62,000 bases of DNA from Vicugna vicugna (taxonomy: Eukaryota). Below are positions 14,674-26,740 of the stretch, one piece after another. The stretch covers positions 186,001 to 248,000 of the forward strand of contig MU058557.1 in NCBI GenBank assembly GCA_013265495.1. Direction: 5' to 3'. The stretch's first letter is position 1. Each line of letters opens with the position of its first letter. The translations under genes were made by a program, and so were the position numbers. The notes under the pieces are model-generated. The model worked only from the letters and a program-made list of their open reading frames with translations. It had not been told where the DNA came from and ran no database searches.

Positions 14674-17417
14674 TTACCAAGAGCTTATTTAACACGTCCA
14701 TATCCTTTGACGCACCACGTCCACCTCTGCGAATCTGTCCTAAGCAGTGCGAGATTACGATTACGAGCGGTCACTGCCAAATTTACAGCACCTATTGGAC
14801 GGAAATGCAGCAAAGAGATGCAGGTGGTAACGACGGGATGTAGCAGGTGCGCAAGACGCCGAGCGTTCCTGCAAAAGTGAACGGTGAGGGGTGGCTGCCC
14901 CCCAAGAGCAGAATGGGTCCAAAGGTCGCTAATTAGAGCAGGGCAGCACCATCACAGGGCAGGGAGAGGAGCAAACGCCTAGAAGTAGATCTGGAAAACA
15001 CGTGCACACACGGAGACAAACTCAGTATGTAACAGTGAGCCTTCAGGTCGGCAGGAAAAGCTCATCGCTGAATGTCTGTGATACGTGAACAATAAATCAT
15101 CTGGAGAAAACACCCAGGTCCCAACCTCAAACCTTACACCAAAATAAATGCAAATGGATTAAAAAAGTCATCATAGTATTGCATTAAATAACTGTCAGGA
15201 CAGGAACGAGCCTTGGAGGTGTGTTCAGTGCAGAAAGCTGGACACAGGACAGACCCATGTCTGGGGGCACCACCAGGAGCTGGATTCACAGGTGGGAAGG
15301 AGAGCAGAGAGTACCAGGCGGCTCTGACTGGGGGGTGTCAGGGTGACTCCTGAGGCACTTGACCAAAATGAGGGGTGCAGAGAAATGGGCGAGACAGGAG
15401 TCGGGTGTGGGCCCAGGAACAGGCGTGGGAGCTGATGTGAGTGACGGGAAGGGATCCCCAGCACCATGCGGGCTGGCCCGTGTGGTGACGGGGTGAGGCT
15501 TCACAGGATGCCCTGCTGCAGAGGCCAGGCTGCTGCCCCCGGACGCGGGTGGTGCCGGCCCAAAGGCCTTGCTACCTGCGGCTGCTCCAGCATGAAGGGT
15601 GCCAAGGTGGCCCCTCCCGCCAGTCCTCCCCCTCCCTCTGCTTTCCTAGAGGGCAGGCACCCCCGGCCCATTGCCCTTTGTCCCTCACAGCAGCTTCTTC
15701 CAAATCTCTTGCACATCTGATTCCACTCAGGTCAGGACCTGAACTGTCAGGTGAAGGAGGGTCCACACACAGAACGGAGGAGGGGCAGTAGTGAACCCAT
15801 GTACGTGCGTACATATATATGTAGTAGACTCACAAGAGCCTGGGGGCGGGGGTAGCTGGGGAGCCAGGAGCAGTGCTGAAAGACAGGGGACCCAGGCTGG
15901 AGAGGATGCCCATAGAGGAGCAGGCAAGGAGCCGCCGGTCTGCCTATGAGGACACTAGCGGGGAGTGGGAGCCAGGTGATGGGGCACTCGGGTGAGCTGG
16001 AGGGACGGGGCAGCTCCGAGGGGGCCTTGGACCCCCATCAGAGGCTGAGTTCTTGATGCAGGACCACAGAAATGGGCAGCTGGAGGAAGGAGGCCAGAGT
16101 GTGAGTGGGTCAGTCATGTTGGAGGTCAGAGTCCAGGGATAGGTCAGCCACCTGTTCAGAAGGCCCGGAGAGCTCTCGACATCCCCCCTCCCCGAGCAAG
16201 GAGGCCCAGAGCACAGCTGGTGCCACCCAGACCCCGGAGGGCCGGTTCTTGCGTGGGGCACCTTCTCCGACCCCGGGACACAACCTGGCATGGCCAGGTT
16301 GATGCTGAGAACAGCAGCAGCTTGGGTGAGCAAAAGGATTTCTTCAGATCTCGGGTCAAAAGCATAATGCTTTCCAGGGGCAGGTGTGGCAAATGACTGG
16401 GAAAGACAGCCTCGTGCCTCCTGGGCTCCAGTCTGAGCTCCCGGCCTGACTCACGCTGGCTCTGAGCTGCTCCTGAAGGTCTAGCCAGGAAGCCCCAGTG
16501 ACCCTGTGCCAGGAACCCGGGGCTGGGTCTGGAGCACCCAAGCCAGGCCAAGGACGTGGGCTCCAGCAGCCTGGGCCTGAGGGGGAAACAGGACCTTCAC
16601 CCTTGGTGCCAACGGCCTTGGGGTCCTAACAGGACAGGCACTGATACCCGCTGCACTTCCGCCGCGGTGGCCACACCCAGGACAGTCCCACTTCCAGAAG
16701 CTGCTACACAGGCCACCTGTGAGCGGTGCTGGCGGGGAGCGCCTGCAGAGGTGGACCCTACACATGCCCACACCTGCAGGGGGTTGGCTACAAAGGGCCA
16801 AAGGAGGCGCTACCTGGCAGCCAAGGACTGAAGGCCACCTCCCATCCCTGGGAGCAGATGTGGCCCCGGGGGCCCCCGGAAGGCCAAGGCAGCCCCAACG
16901 GCCGACAGGACCCTTCCTCCAGGGCTTGGGCGAAGGCAGCACTGAGGGCTGGGGGCTGCTCTCCCCCGAGGATGGGTGGGGGAAGTGGGCTCCCCTGAAA
17001 CAACTGACACTTGTTCAGAGGCAGAAAGGGACCCACGAGGCCCAAGGGACACAGGGTATGATAGCATGGGAGTGAAAGGTGACGCGGCTGGGCCGGGCCT
17101 GGGTGGTGGGCTGGTAGAGGGACGCCTCGTGTGGGGGGCATGTGCAGAGGTGCGCGGAGGGGCTGCCCGGGCTTCTGCGCTGAGAGGCCCATCTGCGAGG
17201 GAGCTCAGCACACTCGATTTCCTCCCCGTCCTGGGACCCTGGGTGGCCTGCCCTTCATGGGGGACAAGACAGGAGGGTGGTTCCTTCCCCACCAGGGCAT
17301 CTGAATCGGCCCCAGGCCGCCTGCAGAGGTGAGGGTCTGGCAGCCAGGGAAACTGTGCCCCCTCTTGTCTCCCGGCTGCCTGGCCCGACTCTAGGGCAGT
17401 GACAGGGGAACCCTCAC

Positions 17418-17505
17418 CTGCATCTTGACGGCGATCACCACCGAGATGAGCTCCTTCTCCAGCTCCTTGAAGACCACCAGCTTCTTCAAGGTCAGGCTGC
17501 ACAAC
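17418..17505 (-). CDS. PACS2: PACS2 exon 2 (88 nt)
   Basis: tgcag|G acceptor; [29 protein letters not shown]; donor CAG|gtgagg. Confidence 0.97.
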
Positions 17506-18339
17506 CTGCAAAGGGCACAGATGGCTTCAGCAGCGACCAGGCCCTCAGGCCTCCTCACACTCGGGGAAGGCCGCCCCAGGAGCCCCAGCAGCCCCAGCCC
17601 CAGCTGGACCTCAGGTTCTCTGCCCGCACCTCCCAGCAACTTGGTCACTCCTGGAGACTGGCCATCGTGTCTCCCACGAGCCCAAGCCCAGGCCCAGCCA
17701 GGCTGGGAGCTGTCCTCAGGTCCCTGCACATGGGGGGCACTCATCAGCACACCTAGGCTGTTGAACCAAGCGCCCCCTGCAGAGGGTCTGCAAGGGTGGG
17801 TCTCCCTCTTGTTCAGGTAGCTAGTACGGGTCCACCGGCAGGCAGGCAGGAGGGTGAGCAGGCAGGACGCCTGACCACACACTGCGGAAGCCCCTAGGGA
17901 CCAAGGGACCAAGGGACCAACGCCCAGAGCGCCGCTCCCGACTGTGAGCTCAACGGCCTCCCACGGACCCCCTACCGGAGGGCTCCACAATGGGCCCCGC
18001 CCCTCTTCTCCAGTGCCCCTCCCATCCACATAGCCCCTCCTACCTCAGCTCCAGGGCCCCACCCACCCCAGCTGGGCTTCTGGTCAGCCAGGCCTGTGGT
18101 GGCTCTGGGGCTGCTTGGATGACAATGGAGAGGTCATCTGCCCTCCACTGAGCCCAGAGGGGCCAGGAGACAGACTCAGGGGCTTCCCCTGGCAGCGAGG
18201 CACCCTGAGTGGACAGCGGGGGCAGCTCCAGGTTGGAGACAAACAGGGTGCACCCCTGACAGCCCCTAACACAGGCCAGCACCTCTCCCACGCAGAGCCG
18301 CCCTCAGGGCCCCCAGCCCAGCCCCTCCACCCGTGGAGG

Positions 18340-20269
18340 CCCCGTGGTGCTGGGCAAACAAACTGTAGGGAAAAGGCTAGAGTTAACATTCACCGGGACA
18401 GACCACATCCTGGGCCGTAAAACAATGCTTCACAAGCACACACTTAAAGAAGTGAAATCATACAGTCTGTTCTCTTATGAAAATGGAGTTAACTATAAGC
18501 CAACACTAGAAAGACAGCTGGAAAACACCGGCTACTTGGGAAACTCAACAGCACACTGCTAAATCACCAACAGGCCGGAGAGGGAGGCCGGGAGGACGTT
18601 AGACGTATTCACGTATTTCATGTGAATGACAGTGAGACACAACATGTCAAGATCAGCGGGATGCGGCTAAAGCAGAACTGAGAGGAGAATCCACGACACT
18701 AAATGCCTATGTTAGGAGAGAAAGATGCTTTCAAGGATGTAATCTAAGCTCCACCTTAAAACATCAGGAAAAGAGCAAATTAACCCACAGTGAGAAGGAA
18801 GGAAATACAGAGGATGAAAGCAGAAACAGTGAAACAATTTAAAAAAATAACAAAACCAAAAGCCGGTTCTTTGAGAAGAGCAACACAATTGATGCAGTAA
18901 AGAAAGAGATGGAGGGGCGGGTAAAAACAACCAGTCTGAGGAATCAGAGAAGGACTATCACTGGGCACCTCACAGACATGCCAGAGCATGCTTCGGGGAT
19001 TGCACACAGCTGCAGGCACATGTGTCTGAGAACTGAGAAAACAGGTACCAACTTCCTGAAAGCCACAAACTGCCCAAACTCACCAGGATGAACTACAGCC
19101 TAGTCCATTAAAGAAACCGAATTAATAGTTAAAAAAACTTCGGAAAAAGGAAAACTCCAACTGAGTCCAACCAGGTATTAAAAGAAGAAATAACACCAGA
19201 ATAACACCAGTTCTACAAAACATCTTCAGAAAACAAAAAAGGAAGGAGTACTTCTCAACTCATTTTAAGAGGTTAGCAAATACCCTGATACCAACACCAA
19301 CACCAGACAAAAACAGTGCAAATAAAAGGAAACTACAGACTGGTATCCCCTTCTGAACACTCACGTAAAAATCTTCAACAAGATACTAGCAAACTGAATC
19401 CAGACAAATATAAAAGGAACAATAAGTAACACACCACAACCAAATGGGGTTTGTTTCAGGAATGCAAGGTTGGTTCAATATTTGAAATCAATCAGTTTAA
19501 TTCACATCAACAGAGTAAGTAAGAAAAACCATAAAAATCTCAATGAATTCAGAAAAACTTTTGACAAACTTCAATATCCATTCGTGATGAAAAACTCTGG
19601 GTGAACCAGGAAAAAAATGGGAACTTCCTCAACCTGGTAAAGAGCACGTGCAAAGGCCCTCAGGCAACACCAGGCTGGATGGTGAGGGTGGAATGTTGTC
19701 CCCTAAGATGGGAACCTGGCAAAGCGCACCCTTCACCACTGCAACACAGCGCAGCACTGATGGCTGCCCAGGGCAACAAGGCAAGAGAAGGAAGCAAAAG
19801 GAAGAGGGATTAGAAAGGACAGAATAAAGCTCTTCTTGTCTGCAGACAACATGATTATTTATGCAGAACATCCCACGGAACGCAGGAGAATGTGAGAACA
19901 GCTCCCAGAACTAATGGTCTTAGCAAGACTGTATGACACCATTGCAACAGATGAAAGGCAGTCACGTTTTTATGTACTAGCAATGAACAACTGAAGTCCA
20001 CGCTTAAAAACCTTCCATTTATAACAGCCCCCAAACAAAAAAAGAAATACCTAAATCGAACAAAACAAATGCAGGAACACATGCTGGAAACTCCCCATGG
20101 CTGTTGCATGGAATCCGAGAAGATCTAAATAAACGGGGACATCATTTCTCCCAAAACCAGTTCTGCAGATTTAATGAAATCCCACTAAGACCTCTTTGCA
20201 GTTACCGGTAAGCTGACTTTTCGATTTATATGCAAAGGCAAAGGAACTAGAACAATCAAAACAACTTTG
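18340..20269 (+). mobile_element. Old L1 ORF2 relic (endonuclease end through RT), left part
   Basis: A-rich; relic translation DHILGRKT..FSYENGV; ggaatgcaaggttggttcaa; tgcagacaacatgatt (FADDMI-like RT motif). Confidence 0.9.
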
Positions 20270-21366
20270 CAAAAAGGCAAAAATACACAAATGGGACCTA
20301 ATTCAACTTAAAAACTTTTGCGCAAAGGAAACCACTGACCAAACAAAGAGACAGTCCACGGAATGGGAGACTATATTTGCAAACAATATGACCGATCAGG
20401 GGTTGCTGCCCAAAATACACAAACAGCTCATACAACTCAAGATCAAACAAACAAACAAACAACCAACCCAATTAAAAAATGGTCAGGAGGCCTGAATAGC
20501 TTTTTTATCCAAAGAAGACACACAGATGGCCAACAGGCATGTGAAGAGAGGCTCAACACTGATCGTCAGGGAAATGCGAATGAAAACCACAATGACACCT
20601 CACAGCTGTCAGGAGGGCTACTATCAAAAAGGCGACAAATAACAAGTGCTGGCGAGGATGTGGCAGAGGGGACCCTCGTACACTGTTGGTGGGAATGTAA
20701 ATTGGTGCCGCCACTATAGAGGTTCCTCAAAAAACTAAAAACAGAACTACCACACAGTCCAGCAGTCCCACTCCCGGGTGTGTGGGTGTGTAAAAGCAAG
20801 AGATGGAAACACTGACTGGAAAAGACACCTGCGCCCCGTGCTCACAGCAGCACTATTTACAGCAGCCGAGACACAGAAGCCGCCCAAGTGCCCATCGACA
20901 GAGGACTGGACAGAGACGTGGCGTGTACACACGCGCGCACACACGCACACACACACACAATGGAGTACTACCCAACCATAAATAAGAACGAAAAAACACC
21001 CTGCATGGATGGACCTAGAAGTAAGTCAAAGACAAAATACTCTATGTTACCCCTTACATGTGGCATCTAAAAAATAAAACAAAACAGACACAGACTTAGA
21101 TATACAGAGAATAAACTTCCCTCACCAGTGGGCAGAGGGAAGAGGGAGGGAGGAGATGGGGCAGGGGATCAAGAGGGGCAAACGACTACGACTGCGTATG
21201 AAATAGATGAGTTACAAGGACACGTTGTACAGCATAGGGAGCGGAGCCAGCAGATCATGATAACTCTAAGTGGAGCACAACCTGCAAAACACTGCATCAC
21301 TGTGTTGCACACCTGAAACTAACACAATGCTGTGAATCAACTATACTTCAGTAGAAAAACAGTAAC
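20270..21366 (+). mobile_element. Younger 5'-truncated L1 inserted into the older L1
   Basis: ORF2 C-terminal relic GTLVHCWWECKLVPPL and MEYYPTI, 3' UTR ending aatcaactatacttcagtagaaaaa; degenerate TSD aacaactttg/aataactttg. Confidence 0.8.
20926..20958. repeat. Imperfect (CA)n microsatellite within L1
   Basis: acacacgcgcgcacacacgcacacacacacac. Confidence 0.85.
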
Positions 21367-22375
21367 AATAACTTTGAAAATGGAGAACAAAGTCAGGTGG
21401 AGACCTCTCACCACCTGATACAGAGGCTCGTTACAGACCTGCAGTAATCACGACAGTGTGGTGTTGAAAAGGAAAGGCATATGGATTGACAGACTAGAAA
21501 AAGAGAGTTTGATAAACTGGATGTCATCAAAATTTAAAACTTTGCTCTGTGAAAAACACTGTTAAGAGGATAAGAAGACAAGCTAAGACTGGGAGAAAAT
21601 ACTTGCAAGTCACACATCTGACGGAGGGCTTTATCCAGAATGTGCAAAGAACTCTCAAAACTCAATAATGTGAAAGTAAACCAGTAAAAATGGGGAGAGG
21701 ATCCGAACAGACACTTAGCCAAAAAAGGCATGTGGATAATAAACAAGCACATGAAAAGATGCTCAGTGTTGTTAGTTATTAGGGAAATGCAGATTAAAGG
21801 CTCAACAAGATACCACACACCCTTTACAAGGGCCGAGACAAGAGCCACACGCCCAGTGCTGCCAGGAGGCGGAGGGGCTGGGGCTGGGACCCCGATGCGC
21901 GGAGGCAGACGGACGGACGGACGGACGGCGCCCCGACCCCACTCCCCCGGGAGTCCATCCAAGGGGAAGGAAAAGCATAAACCCGCCCAAAGACTCGGAC
22001 ATGAACATTCCCAGCAGCTGGGTTCACGAGCGCCCCAGACTGGAAACCTGGACAGACCCCGGTCTGTCCCCACCCAGGAGCGCTGCTGGGCAAGGGGACC
22101 GAAGCATGGCCGCGGGCGCACGTGAGCAGGGACACGCGTGGACACACAGGGACCACGCATGGTGCCGGGACAGAAGCTGGAGTAGAAGGCGGCCCCGCGT
22201 CTTCGCCCACTTCGTGAGTCTGCAAGGGGCCGCCGCAGGGCGCAAGGCGAGCCCGGCAGGGGAGGGGACGGCCCAGGGACGCCGCGGGGTGGGCTCTGGG
22301 TGCAGCCGCCCAGAGCTCCCACCTGACTGAGCTGCAGACAGGAAAGGGGCCAGGTCGAATTCTCCCGTGTGTAAG
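21367..22375 (+). mobile_element. Old L1, right part (3' portion GC-shifted)
   Basis: Continues ORF2: gactgggagaaaatacttgcaa and aagcacatgaaaagatgctca (NKHMKRCS..IREMQIK). Confidence 0.8.
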
Positions 22376-22379
22376 CTTT

Positions 22380-22625
22380 TCTTTTCTTTTTGACTGAAGT
22401 GTCGTCAGTTTGCAGTGTTGCGTCAGGTTCTGGTGCTCAGCACAACGTTTCAGTCACACGTGCACACACGCAGATTCACTTTCATGCTCTTTCTCATTAC
22501 AGGTTACTACAAGATAGTGAATATAGTTCCCTGTGCTCTACAGAAATTTGTTTTTTAATCTATTTTATATTTAGCAGTTAGTATCTGCAAATCTCAAACT
22601 CCCAGTTTATCCCTTCCCACCCTCC
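22380..22625 (-). mobile_element. Short L1 3'-end copy, same family as 56380-57219
   Basis: Shares ggttactacaagata, gttccctgtgct and aatctcaaactccca with the 56.4-kb copy. Confidence 0.85.
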
Positions 22626-24224
22626 TGGATGTAAGTGTTTTAAAGCATCTTTCAAAAGTGCAAAAAACCCAGAAGACCTGGGGCTAGACCCAGCAACGGC
22701 AAACCGCATCTACAGCCATTTGTGGGTTCTTTTTCTTTTTCTCTCCCTTCTCGGTCCAAAGGATGTTCACGCTGCTGCCATTTGTGCCAACGTCAGAAGA
22801 GTGAAAAGGCTCGCCTGCGTTCAGAACCTGAGCCAGATCAACAGAACACACGTTATTTGCTTTTCCTCCAAGGTTGTTTCTGAGGGACAGGCCCAAGGGC
22901 TGGATCACGGAAAACTAAGGACGACATTTACTGCACAACTCATGGCCCTTAAGGAAATCGTGAATAAACACACCAACCCCCCCGCCCCGAAACAGCGATT
23001 CAGCCCTGACCTGGACTGTTATTCTGTAAAACAGCCTGTAATCGTAGCAGATTCAGCAGTGACACAGACAGAAGCCAAGCACGCCCGAGACACGCCCACT
23101 TGGAGATGCCACCCGGCCACAGGTGGAAACCCAGTGCTCCCACGTGGGGGGCCTCGCTCACACACCCTGTTCTCCTCCCTCTGGCTGTGTCTGCTCAAAG
23201 CAGGAGCGACGGAAGGGCCACGCTCCACACCTAGCCCAGAGGAACGGCGTTCGGGTCTGTCTTCTGAGATAGAGGAAAACGTTTAGAGAGCAATGCCACA
23301 AAACCCACCTGTCTGCAGACAAGAGTTAACAAAATCTCCACGCGACTGCAGCTCTTTTGAAAGAAATCAGGCCGCCAGAACTGCAGAAACTTGCTGTGTG
23401 CTCCCCCGTGGCCCTCCCCACTTTCCCTCTGAAGGGAGGAGGGGTCTCCTGCCAGGAGACTGCCAGCCCTTCCCAGACTCTGGCCTCCAGCCTCCCCCAT
23501 GCTGGCTGGGTGCCAGCCTTGGGGTCGTCCTGTCTAAGGCAGCTGGGCCAGGCCAGTGAGCAGCCCGGCGGCGGAACCCAAGCAGAGGCCATGTGTATCA
23601 TCCTCTGGGCGGCAAGCCCTTGCTTGTTGCCTCCCCACTGGATGCAATGGCAGGACCCAGGCAGCCACCTTGGACGCAGGGGTGGAAGCCATGGGCTGAG
23701 GATGGCAGACTGCCCAGGCAGCCCTGGGCCACTGAGACCTGGGCCATCACACAAGGCAGCATCGCTCAGGTGGCTCTGCAGTCCTGGCTCCCTGCTACAG
23801 AGCCGTCGTGCCCTAGACCTCCAGGCATGTCCCACGTTCACTCCGTACGTGTGCACATGGCAGAGCGCATCCTTCTGTCCTCAGGCTGCGGTGCCCTTGC
23901 AACCTGCTCTTCCCATCCCACCTCTGATTTTACAGCCATAAACGCTGGGCCACGTCATTAATGTGCGTCCCCCTGCCTGCTGTGTACGCAATGACTTTGT
24001 GAGGACACGATTTCTCCCTCTCCGTGGTGGCTGTTCAGGCTGCTCCCAGTAACCTGGGACACTGGCCGCGTCCTCACAGCTCCGTGTGAGAGCCATGCAG
24101 GCATCCACTCCTGAGTGGGGTGCGGGGCCCAGGGTTGTCAAACTGTCCTCCCCAGCTGTGGGGTTAAAGTGCACTCCTGCTGGGCGTGGGGCAGGGTGGG
24201 GGTGACTCCCACACGCTTCCAGTG

Positions 24225-24895
24225 TCCACGTCCCCAGGCTGCCACAACCAACACCACAGACTGGGTGGCTCAGACACAGGCGTCGTCCTCTCACAGTTCT
24301 GGGGCTGGACGTCCAGGGTCAGGGCGCCTGTGGGGTTGGTTTCCTCCGGTCACAGGAGAAGGGTCTGCTCAGGCCGCCCTCTCACTGCCTCTTCAGGAGG
24401 CCTTCCCCTCACACGTGCACTTTCCCCTGCGTGCACACCTTTCCCCTGTGCGCAGGCACTTCCCCCCGTGCACACACACCTTTCTCTGGACACATGCACT
24501 TTCCCCTGTGTAGATGCACTTTTCTATGGGCACACACACTACACACTTTCCCCTGTGCACACGCACCTTTCCCCTGTGCACAGGCATTTCCTCCTGTGCA
24601 CACACACACCTTTCTCCGGACACGTGCACTTTCCCCTGTGCACACGCACTTTTCTACGAGCACACACACTACACACTTTACCCTGTGCGTGCGCACTTTC
24701 CTGGGCACGTGCACTTTCTCCGGTGCGTGGGCACCCAGCGTCTCCCTGCGCATCCAGGTCGCATCTTACCAGGACACCAGGACAATGGATTAGGACCTTC
24801 CGAGGGGCCTCTAAAAGCTCCGTCTCCAAACGCAGTCACTTCCCCACGTACTGGGGGAGTTAGGAATGTGGCGTGTGAATTTGGGGAGGACGCCC
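24225..24895 (-). mobile_element. MLT1 (ERVL-MaLR) solo LTR split by a minisatellite
   Basis: gctgccacaacc..accacagactgggtggct..ctctcacagttctgggggctgg on the left; aggacaccag..tggattagg..tctccaaacgcagtcac..tgaatttgggg on the right. Confidence 0.75.
24408..24730. repeat. Minisatellite, about 20-bp unit (gcactttcccctgtgcacac) with 130-bp higher-order duplication
   Basis: cacacacactacacacttt recurs at 24531 and 24661; cctttct[t/c] block recurs at 24479 and 24609. Confidence 0.92.
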
Positions 24896-26104
24896 CTATC
24901 CCCCGAATCCTCAACAACACTCCAAACGAGCAGAACCGTTAGCTCTGGGGGCCTGGCACGCGAGAGGCTCGCCGCACTGCTACGCGGGACCGCCCCGACC
25001 ACAGGGCGGGCTGCACAGCCTTTCGGGTGATCGTGGGCCGCCTGGACACCGCCTTCGCCCGCTGCTCCACTGCCCTGACATCGCCTCACCGTCTGGGGAT
25101 TCTCCACTTGCTTGGATGTGATCACTGACTTACGGACGCTCTGGATGCCAGCTCCTCGCCGCAGGCTGTCAGGCGGATGGGTTTCTAAAACACGTTTGCA
25201 TGATTAAACGTGCCTTGTGATTTACGTCTCCCGGATACTGTCATCTTTAATTCCACAGCCCTACTCCCAATTTTCTCTGTCCTCTTTTCACACTGAGGTC
25301 ATCGACCTACTTGGAGCTGTTGTGCGTATGGTGTGAGGCAGCGACCTGTTATTATGCGGATGTCCACTTGTCCCCAAACCGCTCCTGCAAGAGCACACCC
25401 TTTCCTCTTGGGGAAGAAGGCCATCTGAAGAGTGCTGTGGTCGTGTGTGTTCCTGTCCTCTGTGCTCCGCAGGCCAGTCTGCCTGTGCTTTTGACAAGTG
25501 CATATTGTTTTAATCAGTATAGCTTATTTAAGTAAGTATGTATCTGCTAAAGAAAATACTCCTTTAACCAAACACACGTCATTTTTCCTTAAAGTTGCTT
25601 GTCTATTTCATATAAACTTCATAATGTGTTTGCCAAGTTCAATTCCTACATGGAATTTTATGAAACTGAATTGCACTCAGGGAGAACTGACATCTTTAGG
25701 GCATCACTGAGTCTCGGCGCCTCCTTACTCAGGGGTTTTACATCCTTGAGTGAGTGGCCAGGCGCTTCCCTGTGAAAGTCCTTAAGCCTTTTGTCCAGTT
25801 TATTCGCTGCTGCTCTTATTTTCGAGCTCACTGCTGCGCGTGCGTCAACACCGTCCGTTCTGTGTGTTGATCTTCTGTCAGTCAACCTTCCAGAACTCTC
25901 ATTGGCTCTAGCAATTTGTACACTCTCTTACATGGTCCATTTGAACAATAATGCCTTCTGCACACAGCAATTTTATTTCTTTCAACCCAATCCTATCTAC
26001 TTTTCATGTCTTGTTGCATTGTCCAGCACCTCAACAAGTGTTAGATACCTTTCTTCTTGACCTAAAGGTAAATTGCTCGTGTTTAAGAATGATGTGTGTA
26101 TCGT

Positions 26105-26292
26105 AGCGCAGTCCGGTAAACTTTCTGCAGTGATGGAAATGTCCTACAGCCGCACTGTCTAATTGGTGGCCAGTAGCCAGTAGCCAGCACCTGAAACATG
26201 GCTGGTGCAGCTTCAGAAGTGAATTCCGCATTTTAATGAGTGAATGGATTTTATCAATAGCCAAATGTAGGCTACCACATAGGATAGTGCAG
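26105..26292. mobile_element. MER3 (hAT-Charlie) DNA transposon relic
   Basis: aactttctgcagtgatggaaatgt..cactgtctaat..gccagtagcc..aatagccaaatgtaggctacc..gatagtgcag matches the recalled MER3 consensus. Confidence 0.8.
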
Positions 26293-26512
26293 GCCTGTAG
26301 ATTTTTAGTAGGTATCCTATAATAGGTTAAAGTTCCTAAGAATGTCTCTTAAATTTCATCAAGTGCTTTTTCTGCATATATCATGTGATTTTTCTCCTTC
26401 ACTCTGTGAATGTGAAAAAATAATGAACTTTCTGATGTTAAATCACCCACACATTCCTGAGATAATTCCTACTTCATGATGTAGTTTTGCCATTTTATGC
26501 CTCGAAGGGCTT

Positions 26513-26740
26513 GTTTTTAATGGAAGTACAGTTGACTTACAACGTTGTGTTAGTTTCTGATGTAGAGTATAGTGATTCACTTTATATATATTTACACGTA
26601 TGTATAGTTCATATTCTTTTTCCCTAGAGGTTATTAAAGATGCTGAATGTAGTTCCTTGCTGTTTATCTATTTTATTTACAGTAGTTAGGATCTGCTAAT
26701 CCCAAACTCCTGATTGACCCTCACCCCTCCCCTTTGGTGA
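26513..26740 (-). mobile_element. Short L1 3'-end copy
   Basis: ttttaatggaagtacagttgacttacaacgttgtgttagtttctg...gctaatcccaaactcc. Confidence 0.8.

Noticed and set aside
24408..24730. CRISPR-like array
   Set aside because: Eukaryotic DNA; degenerate tandem units without unique spacers and no cas genes.
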